A stretch of 64,000 bases of DNA from Polyangiaceae bacterium. Lineage in GTDB: Bacteria > Myxococcota_A > Polyangia > Polyangiales > Polyangiaceae. The stretch covers positions 179,084 through 243,083 of the forward strand of contig JANRKO010000019.1 of assembly GCA_033763455.1 (NCBI GenBank). Reading direction: 5' to 3'. Position numbers and translations under genes: made by a program. Position 1 is the first letter of the stretch, and each line of letters starts with the position of its first letter. This document shows positions 47,873 through 57,781 of the stretch, piece by piece. The notes below the pieces were generated by a model, which was not told the origin of the DNA, ran no database searches, and worked only from the letters and a program-made list of their open reading frames with translations.

Positions 47873-50239
47873 GTGATTTCCGGCAGCGTCGTTTCTATCT
47901 CTCAACCCACCAGCCAGAAGGCCCCCAATGCGGCTCGCTGGCCGTTCACCCCCAGGCTACGTCTGTTCACTGAACAGATGGGCGTTGTGAGCGACAAAGC
48001 GCGGAACGGCTACCGCGAAGAGGACGTGCCCGTAGCGAGCCTAACCTTCGATTACGGTGGCACGCTAGTCCGCTGCACTGACAGCGACCGGCTGTTTGCG
48101 CAGCCCCAGGGCACCTCCATCGTGGCCCTTGAAAGGGACCGGAGCGCTGAGGCCGAGGCTCAGTGCCTACTCGAAGTACATGGCGCGCTCGAAGCTGAAT
48201 GCCTGGAGGAGTACATCCCCGGAGTCAATTCACAGGCGGATTACGTAATTCAAGTGAATGGCAACGTGCATTCGTTGTGCTCGTTCACAGCCTATGCGCT
48301 CGGCACCTTGAAGGCTCAAGGTTGGTCCGTTGAGGTCGATCCCGAATATCCGTACCACGTCGTGAACCCGGATGTGCCTTGGTATGCCAAAGTCGAAGTG
48401 GATGCTGAGGCAGACGCCCCTGATTGGTTCAGCCTAGAGCTCGGCGTGGAGATCGACGGCCACCGTGTGAACATGCTCCCGCCGCTGCTTGACATGTTGG
48501 ACGCTTGCGGTGAGCAATTGACGCTTGACTCTCTCATGCGAGTGCCCGCGCGCTGCCGCGCAGTGCCCGCCGGGTTGAATCGCTACGTGGTCATTCCCAA
48601 AGATCGTCTGGAGCGGCTGCTCGTGATCTTGATGGAAATGTATCGCGGCGAACGCACTGCCGGCGAGAAGCTCACGTGTCGGGACCTCCTCGGAGGATCA
48701 CTCGCCAAGCTGGACGAAGCGCTTTGCGATGGTGGAACCCAAATCGTGTGGGACGACGCACCGGGTGTTCGAACCAGAGGGCGAACACTTGCGGGCAAGC
48801 CGCCGACCTCCGTGAACGCGGTTAGCTTAAAAGCGAAATTAAGACCCTACCAGGAAGAAGGAGTTTGCTGGCTCCAGCATATGCGCCAGCAAGGGGCCGG
48901 CGGGGTACTCGCCGACGACATGGGGCTCGGCAAGACCCTGCAAACGATTACGCACCTCTTGCTCGAGAAAGAAAGCCGCCGCGCCCAACTCCCTACGCTC
49001 ATCGTGGCGCCGACGAGCTTAATCCACAATTGGGACTCCGAGATCAAACGTTTTGCACCCGCCCTCCGCACTCAAATTTGGCACGGTAAAGCCCGGCACA
49101 AGAGCCGAGACTTGGTAAAAAAGGCTGACGTCGTTCTCACAACCTACGCGTTACTGATTCGCGATCTCGAATGGTTCAAACTTCAGCCGTTCTACTATTT
49201 GATTTTGGACGAAGCGCAGGCGATCAAGAATCGCCGCAGCCAAGCTGCCAAATCGATGGCTCAGATCCAAACGGAACATCGGCTCTGCCTCACGGGCACG
49301 CCGGTTGAAAACAACCTGGATGAGTTGTTCAGCCTCTTCAACTTCCTCATGCCTGGCATATTAGGCACGGCAGAAGCATTCCGTACGCACTTCCGCGAGC
49401 CGATCGAACGGGAAAACAACGAGACACGCCTGGCTGCACTTCGCGGAGCCGTGGGGCCCTTCATCTTGCGGCGTATGAAGGAAGAGGTCGCGCGTGATTT
49501 ACCGCCAAAGACAGAAATGGTGCGACCGGTAGAGTTGCGCGAAGATCAGCGAGATCTCTACGAAAGCGTCCGTGTTGCCGCACACAGCGAGGTGCGTCAA
49601 GCGATCAAGAGCAAGGGTATCGGTGCATCCACGGTGACCATCCTTGATGGCCTCATGAAGCTGCGCCAAATCTGTTGCGATCCGAGGCTTGTGAAAGTTG
49701 CCTCTTTGGGCAAGGTGCTAAGTTCCGCCAAGTATGAGCTGTTCTTCGACCTGCTGCAGAAGCAGCTCGCCGAGGGGCGACGCGTCCTTGTTTTCTCGCA
49801 GTTCACTCGCATGTTGGCACTGCTCGGCGAAGGCTTGGTCGAACGGGGCATCAAGTATGCCCTAATCACCGGGGCCACCGTGGACCGTCAGAAGCAAGTG
49901 CGAGCCTTTCAGGAGGGGCAGATGAATGTCTTCTTGATAAGCCTCAAAGCGGGGGGCACCGGGCTCAATCTGACTCGCGCCGATACCGTGATCCACTATG
50001 ACCCTTGGTGGAACGCTGCAGCTCAATCTCAAGCCACCGATCGCGCGTACCGCATCGGCCAGACGGAGCCGGTTTTCGTCCACAACCTTATCGTTTCTGG
50101 CAGTGTCGAAGAACGCATGGTGCACCTTCAGCAGCGTAAGCGCCATTTGGCGGAGACGATCCTGGGGGGCGGCCACGAAGCTTCGAGCGCTTTCTCACTG
50201 GCCGACGTGGAGGATCTCTTCGCGCCGCTTGAAGAGTGA
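47873..50239 (+). CDS. SNF2-family helicase/ATPase
   Basis: LRPYQ-EG--WL, LADDMGLGKT, LDEAQAIKN, LTGTPVEN, LRR-K-EV--DLP-K, VLVFSQF, ISLKAGGTGLNLT-AD, DPWWN, QATDRAYRIGQ. Confidence 0.93.
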   Translation: MISGSVVSISQPTSQKAPNAARWPFTPRLRLFTEQMGVVSDKARNGYREEDVPVASLTFDYGGTLVRCTDSDRLFAQPQGTSIVALERDRSAEAEAQCLLEVHGALEAECLEEYIPGVNSQADYVIQVNGNVHSLCSFTAYALGTLKAQGWSVEVDPEYPYHVVNPDVPWYAKVEVDAEADAPDWFSLELGVEIDGHRVNMLPPLLDMLDACGEQLTLDSLMRVPARCRAVPAGLNRYVVIPKDRLERLLVILMEMYRGERTAGEKLTCRDLLGGSLAKLDEALCDGGTQIVWDDAPGVRTRGRTLAGKPPTSVNAVSLKAKLRPYQEEGVCWLQHMRQQGAGGVLADDMGLGKTLQTITHLLLEKESRRAQLPTLIVAPTSLIHNWDSEIKRFAPALRTQIWHGKARHKSRDLVKKADVVLTTYALLIRDLEWFKLQPFYYLILDEAQAIKNRRSQAAKSMAQIQTEHRLCLTGTPVENNLDELFSLFNFLMPGILGTAEAFRTHFREPIERENNETRLAALRGAVGPFILRRMKEEVARDLPPKTEMVRPVELREDQRDLYESVRVAAHSEVRQAIKSKGIGASTVTILDGLMKLRQICCDPRLVKVASLGKVLSSAKYELFFDLLQKQLAEGRRVLVFSQFTRMLALLGEGLVERGIKYALITGATVDRQKQVRAFQEGQMNVFLISLKAGGTGLNLTRADTVIHYDPWWNAAAQSQATDRAYRIGQTEPVFVHNLIVSGSVEERMVHLQQRKRHLAETILGGGHEASSAFSLADVEDLFAPLEE

Positions 50240-50271
50240 GCTAAGATCCGCGCACCCTAGTAAAGTGTGCC

Positions 50272-51591
50272 ATGCGTACCCGTCCTATTTTAACTGCGTT
50301 TGGGTATGTCCTCGCAACCAGTGCGTGCCTTGCCCTAGTGGGCTGCGCCCCACTGCTGGGGGAAGAAGAGCAGGATTGCAGCGTTTTGGCACAGAATCAG
50401 CACGCCAAAGAGCTAATGCAGGACGTGTATCTCTGGGCGGATAGCGTGCCGGATGTCGATCCCAGTAAATACGCGAGCCCCGCCGAAGTGGTGGCGGCCA
50501 TGCGAAACCAACAGTTCGATCATTGGTCCGGCGTTTCGAACGCTGGCCCGCGACAAAATTACTTCGACAAAGGAGAATTTTTCGGCATCGGTTATCAGGC
50601 GGTGGGAGACACGGCTGGGAATGTGCGCCTTTCGTTCGTTCATCCGGATTCTCCGGCGGCCCTCGCCGGTCTGATGCGGGGAGACACCCTGCTAGAAATC
50701 AACGGGAAGACGACCGCTCAGATCAACGCCGAGCAGTTGTGGGGAAGCATCGAAGGCCCCAATGAGAAGGGGTTCGCTGTTCCGTACAAGGTGCGGCGTG
50801 CGAGCGGCGAAGTCGTTGACCTGATCGTGCTCAAAGATACCGTGGTGATTCGCACTGTGGCCGTGAAAAACGTATTCACCCAAGGTGCGGATAAGGTCGC
50901 TTATCTGCTTTTTACCGGGTTTCTCGGCACCTCGGATAAAGATCTGCGGGAGGCCTTTGCTGAGCTCAAGCCCCTCGGGATCACCAAGTTTATCCTGGAT
51001 CTCCGTTACAACGGGGGGGGCTTCGTGTCGGTGGCCACAGATCTGGCAAGCCTTATTGTAGGCCCGCCAGGAGTCGGAAAGCCTTTTACGATCCTCGCGC
51101 ACAACAAGAAATACGCATCCGAGGATACCGTCACCTTTTTGCACGAAGAGCCCGAAGCGCTCTCAGGCACCGAGCTCGTAGCACTCACAGGGCCGGGAAC
51201 CGCTTCGGCGAGCGAGCTTTTGCTCAATGGCCTTCGCCCACTTATGAACGTACGGCTCGTCGGTGCACCCACTCACGGCAAGCCCGTCGGCGGCAGCACA
51301 TGGACGCGTTGTGAGCTGGCCGTCTCGCCCATTACGTTCCGCACGCTGAACGGCGAAGGAATGGGTGACTACTTTGGTGGCCTGATGCCGGATTGCACGG
51401 TTCCAGATGATTTGGATCATAGCCTCGGGGATCCGGAAGAATCTCGCCTCAAGGTTGCCCTCGGTCTGCTTCGGGGCGAAGCGTGCCCCGCACCCCCGGA
51501 GCAACAGCTCAAGCAGCTGCGGTCCTCAGGGCCCGCTCATGGCCTTGCGCCGATCACTCGCGGGCCGGAGGATCCCTTCGGGATCTTCTGA
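50272..51591 (+). CDS. S41-family peptidase lipoprotein with a PDZ domain
   Basis: LVGC lipobox; YLW, V-PDSPA--AGL-RGD--L-ING (PDZ), LDLRYNGGG, TASASE, THGKPVG. Confidence 0.92.
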   Translation: MRTRPILTAFGYVLATSACLALVGCAPLLGEEEQDCSVLAQNQHAKELMQDVYLWADSVPDVDPSKYASPAEVVAAMRNQQFDHWSGVSNAGPRQNYFDKGEFFGIGYQAVGDTAGNVRLSFVHPDSPAALAGLMRGDTLLEINGKTTAQINAEQLWGSIEGPNEKGFAVPYKVRRASGEVVDLIVLKDTVVIRTVAVKNVFTQGADKVAYLLFTGFLGTSDKDLREAFAELKPLGITKFILDLRYNGGGFVSVATDLASLIVGPPGVGKPFTILAHNKKYASEDTVTFLHEEPEALSGTELVALTGPGTASASELLLNGLRPLMNVRLVGAPTHGKPVGGSTWTRCELAVSPITFRTLNGEGMGDYFGGLMPDCTVPDDLDHSLGDPEESRLKVALGLLRGEACPAPPEQQLKQLRSSGPAHGLAPITRGPEDPFGIF

Positions 51592-51810
51592 GTCCAGCGC
51601 TGCTGGGCAACCGCGCCTAGCCGTACCCCTATGGAAAAAAAACAGCGGCTCAGAGGAGGGGGATTCTCTGAACCGCTGGGTAGTTAGCAGGCGGCTTCCC
51701 TGGCGGAGGGGGGGATCACCAAGGTGCCGCCTCGAACGTCACCTATGCGGGTTTTATGCCAACACCCGACCTAAGGGAAAACCAGTAGTTTCTTAGGGTC
51801 TTAAGCCGCC

Positions 51811-51838
51811 ACGAACCTTTCAAATTTGAAAGGTTCGT
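51811..51838. repeat. Perfect 28-bp palindrome between convergent genes
   Basis: ACGAACCTTTCAAATTTGAAAGGTTCGT, followed by TTT. Confidence 0.9.
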
Positions 51839-51899
51839 TTTCGATTGTGCGATAGATTGCTGAGAATTGGGGCGCTCTCCCTCGGCTCAGGCCCCGAAT

Positions 51900-52370
51900 T
51901 TAGAGTGTGGAGCGGGGCGCCTGGGACCGGGCCTCTTGAGGCGGCTTGACGCACTTGTCCCCCTCCAGAACGTAGCCCGTTTCGCACCACTCGACGCACT
52001 GGTTCTCTGGTTCCTTTACGAACCACCCCTTGCCGCAGCTGGCAACGCATTCATCATCCTTGGCAAGCTGGCCTTTGGGACACTTGCGGATGCACCAGCG
52101 GCCGCTCGCCACATATTCAGTATCATCGCAGGTTTCCACGCACGAACCCGCTTGGCGAAGGTACCCGTCTCTACAAAGCCAGTACTTGCAGCCTGTCGAC
52201 CTGTCCGTGGTGGAGTCTGTCCGACTGTTGCCACCGCTATCGGTGCCGGTGCGAGTGCTGACGACCGTCGAACTCCACTCACCGCCCTGACATTCTGAAT
52301 GAAATCGGGGGCACCCCAGCAAGAGCAAAGCACCGGAAACAACCGTAAACGACGCGAAAATCTTCCTCAT
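51900..52370 (-). CDS. Cys-rich lipoprotein with furin-like repeats
   Basis: MRKIF...LLLLGC lipobox; CVETC, CIRKCPKG, CVASCGKGWF, CVEWCETGY...CV. Confidence 0.7.
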   Translation of the reverse strand: MRKIFASFTVVSGALLLLGCPRFHSECQGGEWSSTVVSTRTGTDSGGNSRTDSTTDRSTGCKYWLCRDGYLRQAGSCVETCDDTEYVASGRWCIRKCPKGQLAKDDECVASCGKGWFVKEPENQCVEWCETGYVLEGDKCVKPPQEARSQAPRSTL

Positions 52371-52454
52371 GTTAACCCCCCATCTATCCGAAGGGCCCCG
52401 CGAAGGGAACCCCAATTGCTTGTTCGCGTGAGCAGAGAGCGCTACCCCAGGTAT

Positions 52455-54470
52455 ATGTCGCCCCCAACGAGCTCATCTCCAAGCGCTGAAACTGGAGGCG
52501 GTCGACCCACTGCAGTTGGAGGGCGCCCACGGCCGTTTGGAGGGATCGAACTCGACCGGGGACTGTGCAATCCCCTACCCCTTCCCATGAGCGCAGACGA
52601 AATGCGCACCCGCGGATGGAACGAGGTGGACGTGGTTTTTGTAACGGGCGATGCGTACATCGACCACCCGAGTTTCGCGATGGCGTTGCTCGGGCGTTTG
52701 CTGGAAAGCAGAGGCTTTCGGGTCGCCATTTTGAGCCAGCCAGACTGGAAGAGCGCTGAGGCATTCAGGCAGTTCGGACGCCCTCGAGTCATGTTTGCGA
52801 TCAGTGCGGGAAACATGGACTCGATGATCAATCACTATACGGCTAACCGTAAGCGCCGCAACGCAGACGCTTATACAGCCGGCGGTGCCATCAACCGCCG
52901 CCCAGATAGAGCTACGTTAGCCTACTGCCAGAGAGCACGAGAAGCGTTCAAGGGCGTGCCGGTGGTCACTGGTGGGGTCGAAGCCAGCTTGCGGCGCCTT
53001 GCCCACTACGATTACTGGCAGGACATCGTGCGGCGCTCGATCGTGCTCGATGCGAAGGCCGATTATGTGGCTTTTGGCATGGGCGAACGCACCATCTTGG
53101 CACTCGCCGACGCCTTGGCACGTGGAGCAAGTGTGACTGAACTTCGCGCGATTCGGGGCATCGCCTATCGACTCGGGGAGAAGGAGCCACGTCCGACGGA
53201 CGTAATCACGCTGCCAAGCTACGAAGCGGTCCGTACCGATCCTTTGGCTTTTTGCGAACTTACTCGCGTCACCCATCGAGAGACCAACCCCCACAACGCT
53301 CGTCGATTACTTCAGGCGCATGACACCGAGGCCGTAGTGGTAAATCCTCCCGCTTTTCCGTTGGAGGAAGCGGAGATGGACTTTGTGTACGGGCTGCCTT
53401 TTACGCGGCAACAGCACCCAAGCTACGGGGCACAAAAGATCCCAGCCTTCGATGTTATTCGCCACTCCGTTCAGATCATGCGCGGCTGTTTTGGGGGGTG
53501 CAGCTTTTGCTCCATCACCGCCCACGAGGGCCGCATCATTCAGAGCCGGAGCGAAGCTTCCATCTTGGCAGAGGTACGTGAACTCAAGAAAGACCCGACC
53601 TTTCGCGGCACTGTGAGCGATATCGGCGGCCCCACTGCCAACATGTATCGCATGCGGTGCACCCGCCCCGAGGTGGAAGCCAAGTGCAGGCGCTTAAGCT
53701 GCGTGCACCCAACCGTGTGCAAGCTGCTCGGCACTGATCACAAACCGCTCTTGAGCCTCATGCGCAAAGCACGGGCAGAGCCGGGCATTAAGAAGGTTCT
53801 TGTGGCGTCCGGGATCCGTATGGATCTTGCGAAGCGCGATCCTGAGTACATCGGTGAGCTGGTGCAACACCATGTCGGCGGGCACCTAAAAGTGGCTCCC
53901 GAACACGCTGATCCAGAAGTGCTTTCGCTCATGAAAAAGCCGAGCATTCAAGACTTCGATGAGTTTGGCCAAGCCTTTCAGGCAGCCTCCAAAAAAGCGA
54001 ACAAAGAGCAATATCTGGTACCCTACTTCATTGCCAGCCACCCCGGCAGCGATGCTCGCAGCATGATCGAGGTGGCAGTGTTTCTCAAACAACGCGGCTA
54101 CCGGCCTGATCAAGTTCAAGACTTCATCCCCAGCCCCTTCGATATCGCCGCTTGTATGTACCACACGGGGCTAGATCCGATGACGCTTGAGCCAGTGTAT
54201 GTGGCAAAAAGCCTTAGAGATCGCGGCACCCAGCGCGCCCTTTTGCAGTTCTTCAAGCCAGAGAATTACTTCGCTGTGAAGCGAGCTCTCATCGAAGCTG
54301 GCCGAGCTGATCTCATCGGAAAGGGTCCGCGTTGCTTGATCTCAGAGGTTCCTCCACCCGAGGCGCGGCAACTGCAAAAATCTGGAAAGCCCCAGCAATC
54401 AGATTCCGGGCGTTCGGCGCCAAGGGCCGTAGGCTACCGCCCGCATCGTGGTAGTGGGCGAGCTAAGTAG
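52455..54470 (+). CDS. ygiQ: YgiQ (UPF0313) family radical SAM protein
   Basis: VTGDAYIDHPSF, AGNMDSMINHYTA, GGVEASLRRLAHYDYW, CFGGCSFC, DIGGPTANMY, GGHLKVAPEH, PYFIASHPG, QVQDF-P-P. Confidence 0.93.
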   Translation: MSPPTSSSPSAETGGGRPTAVGGRPRPFGGIELDRGLCNPLPLPMSADEMRTRGWNEVDVVFVTGDAYIDHPSFAMALLGRLLESRGFRVAILSQPDWKSAEAFRQFGRPRVMFAISAGNMDSMINHYTANRKRRNADAYTAGGAINRRPDRATLAYCQRAREAFKGVPVVTGGVEASLRRLAHYDYWQDIVRRSIVLDAKADYVAFGMGERTILALADALARGASVTELRAIRGIAYRLGEKEPRPTDVITLPSYEAVRTDPLAFCELTRVTHRETNPHNARRLLQAHDTEAVVVNPPAFPLEEAEMDFVYGLPFTRQQHPSYGAQKIPAFDVIRHSVQIMRGCFGGCSFCSITAHEGRIIQSRSEASILAEVRELKKDPTFRGTVSDIGGPTANMYRMRCTRPEVEAKCRRLSCVHPTVCKLLGTDHKPLLSLMRKARAEPGIKKVLVASGIRMDLAKRDPEYIGELVQHHVGGHLKVAPEHADPEVLSLMKKPSIQDFDEFGQAFQAASKKANKEQYLVPYFIASHPGSDARSMIEVAVFLKQRGYRPDQVQDFIPSPFDIAACMYHTGLDPMTLEPVYVAKSLRDRGTQRALLQFFKPENYFAVKRALIEAGRADLIGKGPRCLISEVPPPEARQLQKSGKPQQSDSGRSAPRAVGYRPHRGSGRAK

Positions 54471-54480
54471 CGCCCGCAAT

Positions 54481-57400
54481 TCAGCGACCGGCCGCGGCCT
54501 GCGCCATCACCGCTCGCAGCGCTACAACGTCAAGCAAACGCTCCGCACTCGGGAGCTGAGCCGCTGAATCCACGTGAGCTAACAGCAACACTGGAGGCCG
54601 CCCCTTTCCACCGCATGCGTACAGCGCAAACGCAGGCGACCCCAAGATCTCATAGTAACGTTGCGGCACTGTGGAGGTTGCCTGCTCCGCGAACACATCG
54701 CTCACCACAACATCTTTTACGCTGGTGTAGGCCGAGTGAAATACGTTACTGGAGCCACGTGGAACTTTTAAACTGATGCGAAATTCCTTCGTGAGAGCGT
54801 CGAGATCTTCGTGTAAGCCAGCGCGAACCACAAGCTCATCACGAGCCGCCGTTCCCACCAGAAGCAGCAAACGTTTCAACCCGAGGTGCCCACTCCACAA
54901 CCGAAATGCTTGAGTGAGGATCGTGTCCGAAGGTGCTGTTCCGAGCGAAGCCCGGAGCTTTTCGATAGCCTGATCAAGTGGAGTGAGTGGCTTTTCAGGT
55001 TCGGCAGCCCCCGGTTTGGTATTGCTCGGGGCGACTTTCTTGCCGAACTCCAACTTGGCCACTGTGGGGCGAGCACGAGCCGCTACGTCGTGGATGGGAG
55101 CTTGGATCTGGGGAACAGCTTCGTCAGGGGTGGGCATTGTCACCGACCCATGAGCGTTGTCGGTTGGGTCAACCGCCGGGACCTCAGGTCCGTTGATCGC
55201 AGCAACATTCGTTAAGAACCGACTGGCCCGCGCATCTAGGCCCAGGACGGATGCGTAGCGTTGTTGGAACACGTCCTCGACGGTCGTTACCAGCTTCATC
55301 ACGTCCTGTTCGGTTAAAGAAAGCAGCCGCCGATGTTTGGCTAATAGATCGGCGATTGCCAAACTGCGCGTGGCGGCGGATTCGGTACTCACAATCTCGC
55401 ACAATTCGTTAGAAAATTCAGCGACGGCGTTTGCCTTATCTTCCGACGTTGTCAGTGGCCCGGTACTGGATCGCGCCGCGATAGCGCCAATAACCCCGGA
55501 GGGGAGGTGCCAATTCTGAGCCACAGCGGTCCCCAGCTTCGGAAAGGAGAGCCCCATGACACGCTCCGCCGCAACTCGTTCACTCACGCGATCTCGCTGG
55601 CAGACCACCTGAACCTGCTCGAAGAGCTCGGGCAAATAGACGATGGTTAAGTGCCGCCCCAGGTTGCGAAACATCGCACAGACCATGGCCTCTTCATCGT
55701 TGACCTTCGCATCGCCGGCCACGGCCCGCGCGATCTCCCCGCTCACAATGGACGAGATGGCAGAGTCCGAAACGAACTCAGACTGCGCCCCCTTACCCGC
55801 ACTCTTGAACAGGCTGATGCCCAACGCCAAGGAACGGATTTTATCAAACCCGAGCAACACAATCGCGTGGCGAATGCTGTAGATCTTTCCGCCAAAGCGC
55901 CCACCGTAGGTCGAGTTGATCACACGCAGCAATTTTGCCGTCAGCGCGTAGTCCTTAAGAATCGATTCCCCGAGTTGGGTCGCCGAAAATGCACTGTTGG
56001 CGTCGGCCTTCACGCTCACCTCGCCCACGCTCTGAGCAAAGGCTGGGAAATCCCCTTTTCGTTGCAAGCGCGCCATCAGCTTGCTGAGCGTCGATTGCGC
56101 TGTCTCCCCTCCGGAACCCGTTTCGCCCGCACTCTGCAGGGTGTCAGGAGTTTGGGAGCGATTTGCAGAACTCTCGGCTTCCGTGATGACCGGTTCGACA
56201 ACAGGGGCAACGCCGAGCGGAACCTGTTGGGGCACCTCCACTCGGGCAAAAGCCACCTTCTGGGGCGCTTCCACTGATGCAGGGACACCCTTGTGGGGCG
56301 CTACCAGGGTTGCCGGCTCCGCCACGGCACCCGAGGCAGGGGCAGCAGTAGGCACCGGCTCCGCCACGGCAGCCGAGGCAGGGGCAGCGGTAGGCACCGG
56401 CTCCTTGCCTGAAGAAAGCGTCTTCGGCGTTGCGTCGACCGGTGCGAAGGCACTGCGCGGCTTGGCTCCAAGATCTTGTTCGCTTCGGAGCGTATTTTGC
56501 CCACCAACGGTTACCTTGTTGCTCCCAGCGGCTTTTTGAACACTGATACCCAGCGTGCCATCGTCGGGGAGCGTGGCATTCGGGGCGCGGCTAACGGGAA
56601 ACACGGCGCTCCTATCGTATTCTGTAGCGTCGCGCCCTGTATCTGCTTGGGTTGCCCCGAAACCTGTGCTTGCTTCTCTTACCTGACGCGTTGGCGCCTG
56701 AGGTTGGAGCTCTGAAACAACGTTGGCGTCTCCTGAGAAATTACCCAGTGCACTTCGGAGGCGTGCCTCAAGCTCCCGGGCGCTCTTGGGGCGGTCGTTC
56801 GGTGCCTTGGCGAGGCACCCCTCGATGATTTGCGCAATTTCCTCAGGAATTTCCCCCACCCGTTCCCGAAGCGGCGGTACAGGGTCGCGAACATGCATGA
56901 TCATCAACATGAATTCGGATTCATGCTGAAACGGGGGCGCACCGGTGAGCATCTCGTAGGCGATTATACCAACCGAATAGAGGTCGGTTTGCGGCGTGAT
57001 CAGGTGAATGCTGCCCATGGCCTGTTCGGGCGCCATATGGCTCGGCGTACCCAAAACTTGGCCGTTACGTGTGTGACCCTCGCTCGTTGTCATCAACTTC
57101 GCGACGCCAAAGTCGACGAGCTTGATGCGTACGGGCGTCCCCTCCAACACGATAATGTTAGCCGGCTTCAAATCGCGATGAACTACGCCGGCGCCATGTG
57201 CCGCATCCAAGGCGGCACAGATCTGTCGCACCACCTCAAGCGTTTCGTTCAGCGAAAAACGCCCTCGTTCATCCATGTACGCAGCCAAGCTCTGACCGCG
57301 AAGGAGCTCCATTACGTAATAGAGGCGCCCCTCCAACTCCCCGAAGTCCAAGATATCGACAATGTTCGGGTGATTCAGGCTGGCCGTTACCTGAGCTTCA

Positions 57401-57645
57401 CTCAAAAAACGCTGCGAAAGCTCAACGCGAGAGCTCACCTCGGCATCCAAGAACTTAACTGCCACTTCACGCCCAAGTCGCGGATGCTTGGCGACGAACA
57501 CCGCGCCCATCCCTCCACGGGCCAGGGGGCGATCGATGATATAGTTGCCCACATGTTGGCCAATGAGCTTGCTCGTGCCCGGATCGGTGGACCCAAGATC
57601 TAGCGGGCCTGCCTCCAAGGCGCCCGAGGGAGAGAGTTTGGTCAC
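54481..57645 (-). CDS. Hanks-type Ser/Thr kinase fused to an HDOD domain and a C-terminal GAF-like region
   Basis: GGMGAV, VAVK, HRDLKPAN, DFGVAK, GTP-HMAPE; HDOD segment DFPAF...ILKDYALTAKLLRVINS...AIVLLG...W-LP. Start uncertain (57645-57729). Confidence 0.88.
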   Translation of the reverse strand: MTKLSPSGALEAGPLDLGSTDPGTSKLIGQHVGNYIIDRPLARGGMGAVFVAKHPRLGREVAVKFLDAEVSSRVELSQRFLSEAQVTASLNHPNIVDILDFGELEGRLYYVMELLRGQSLAAYMDERGRFSLNETLEVVRQICAALDAAHGAGVVHRDLKPANIIVLEGTPVRIKLVDFGVAKLMTTSEGHTRNGQVLGTPSHMAPEQAMGSIHLITPQTDLYSVGIIAYEMLTGAPPFQHESEFMLMIMHVRDPVPPLRERVGEIPEEIAQIIEGCLAKAPNDRPKSARELEARLRSALGNFSGDANVVSELQPQAPTRQVREASTGFGATQADTGRDATEYDRSAVFPVSRAPNATLPDDGTLGISVQKAAGSNKVTVGGQNTLRSEQDLGAKPRSAFAPVDATPKTLSSGKEPVPTAAPASAAVAEPVPTAAPASGAVAEPATLVAPHKGVPASVEAPQKVAFARVEVPQQVPLGVAPVVEPVITEAESSANRSQTPDTLQSAGETGSGGETAQSTLSKLMARLQRKGDFPAFAQSVGEVSVKADANSAFSATQLGESILKDYALTAKLLRVINSTYGGRFGGKIYSIRHAIVLLGFDKIRSLALGISLFKSAGKGAQSEFVSDSAISSIVSGEIARAVAGDAKVNDEEAMVCAMFRNLGRHLTIVYLPELFEQVQVVCQRDRVSERVAAERVMGLSFPKLGTAVAQNWHLPSGVIGAIAARSSTGPLTTSEDKANAVAEFSNELCEIVSTESAATRSLAIADLLAKHRRLLSLTEQDVMKLVTTVEDVFQQRYASVLGLDARASRFLTNVAAINGPEVPAVDPTDNAHGSVTMPTPDEAVPQIQAPIHDVAARARPTVAKLEFGKKVAPSNTKPGAAEPEKPLTPLDQAIEKLRASLGTAPSDTILTQAFRLWSGHLGLKRLLLLVGTAARDELVVRAGLHEDLDALTKEFRISLKVPRGSSNVFHSAYTSVKDVVVSDVFAEQATSTVPQRYYEILGSPAFALYACGGKGRPPVLLLAHVDSAAQLPSAERLLDVVALRAVMAQAAAGR
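56313..56404. repeat. In-frame 42-bp tandem repeat (about 2.2 copies) in the kinase linker
   Basis: Encodes EPVPTAAPAS(A/G)AVA twice. Confidence 0.85.
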
Positions 57646-57781
57646 AGGTTGCCCTCGCGCGTCTGACTCATGCCAAAGCTCTAAACGGACACTTTTCTTC
57701 GGCCCTGAGCCCCCGCCTTCGCAAAGCACGGTCGCACCGCGGGCCAGTCACGGAACCGCACGAATACCGCTATTTCCGCGC

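Noticed and set aside
51900..54470. YgiQ radical SAM plus the divergent Cys-rich ORF as a sactipeptide/ranthipeptide cluster
   Set aside because: YgiQ has no recognisable SPASM or RRE domain, the small protein is an exported lipoprotein, and no dedicated transporter or leader peptidase is evident.
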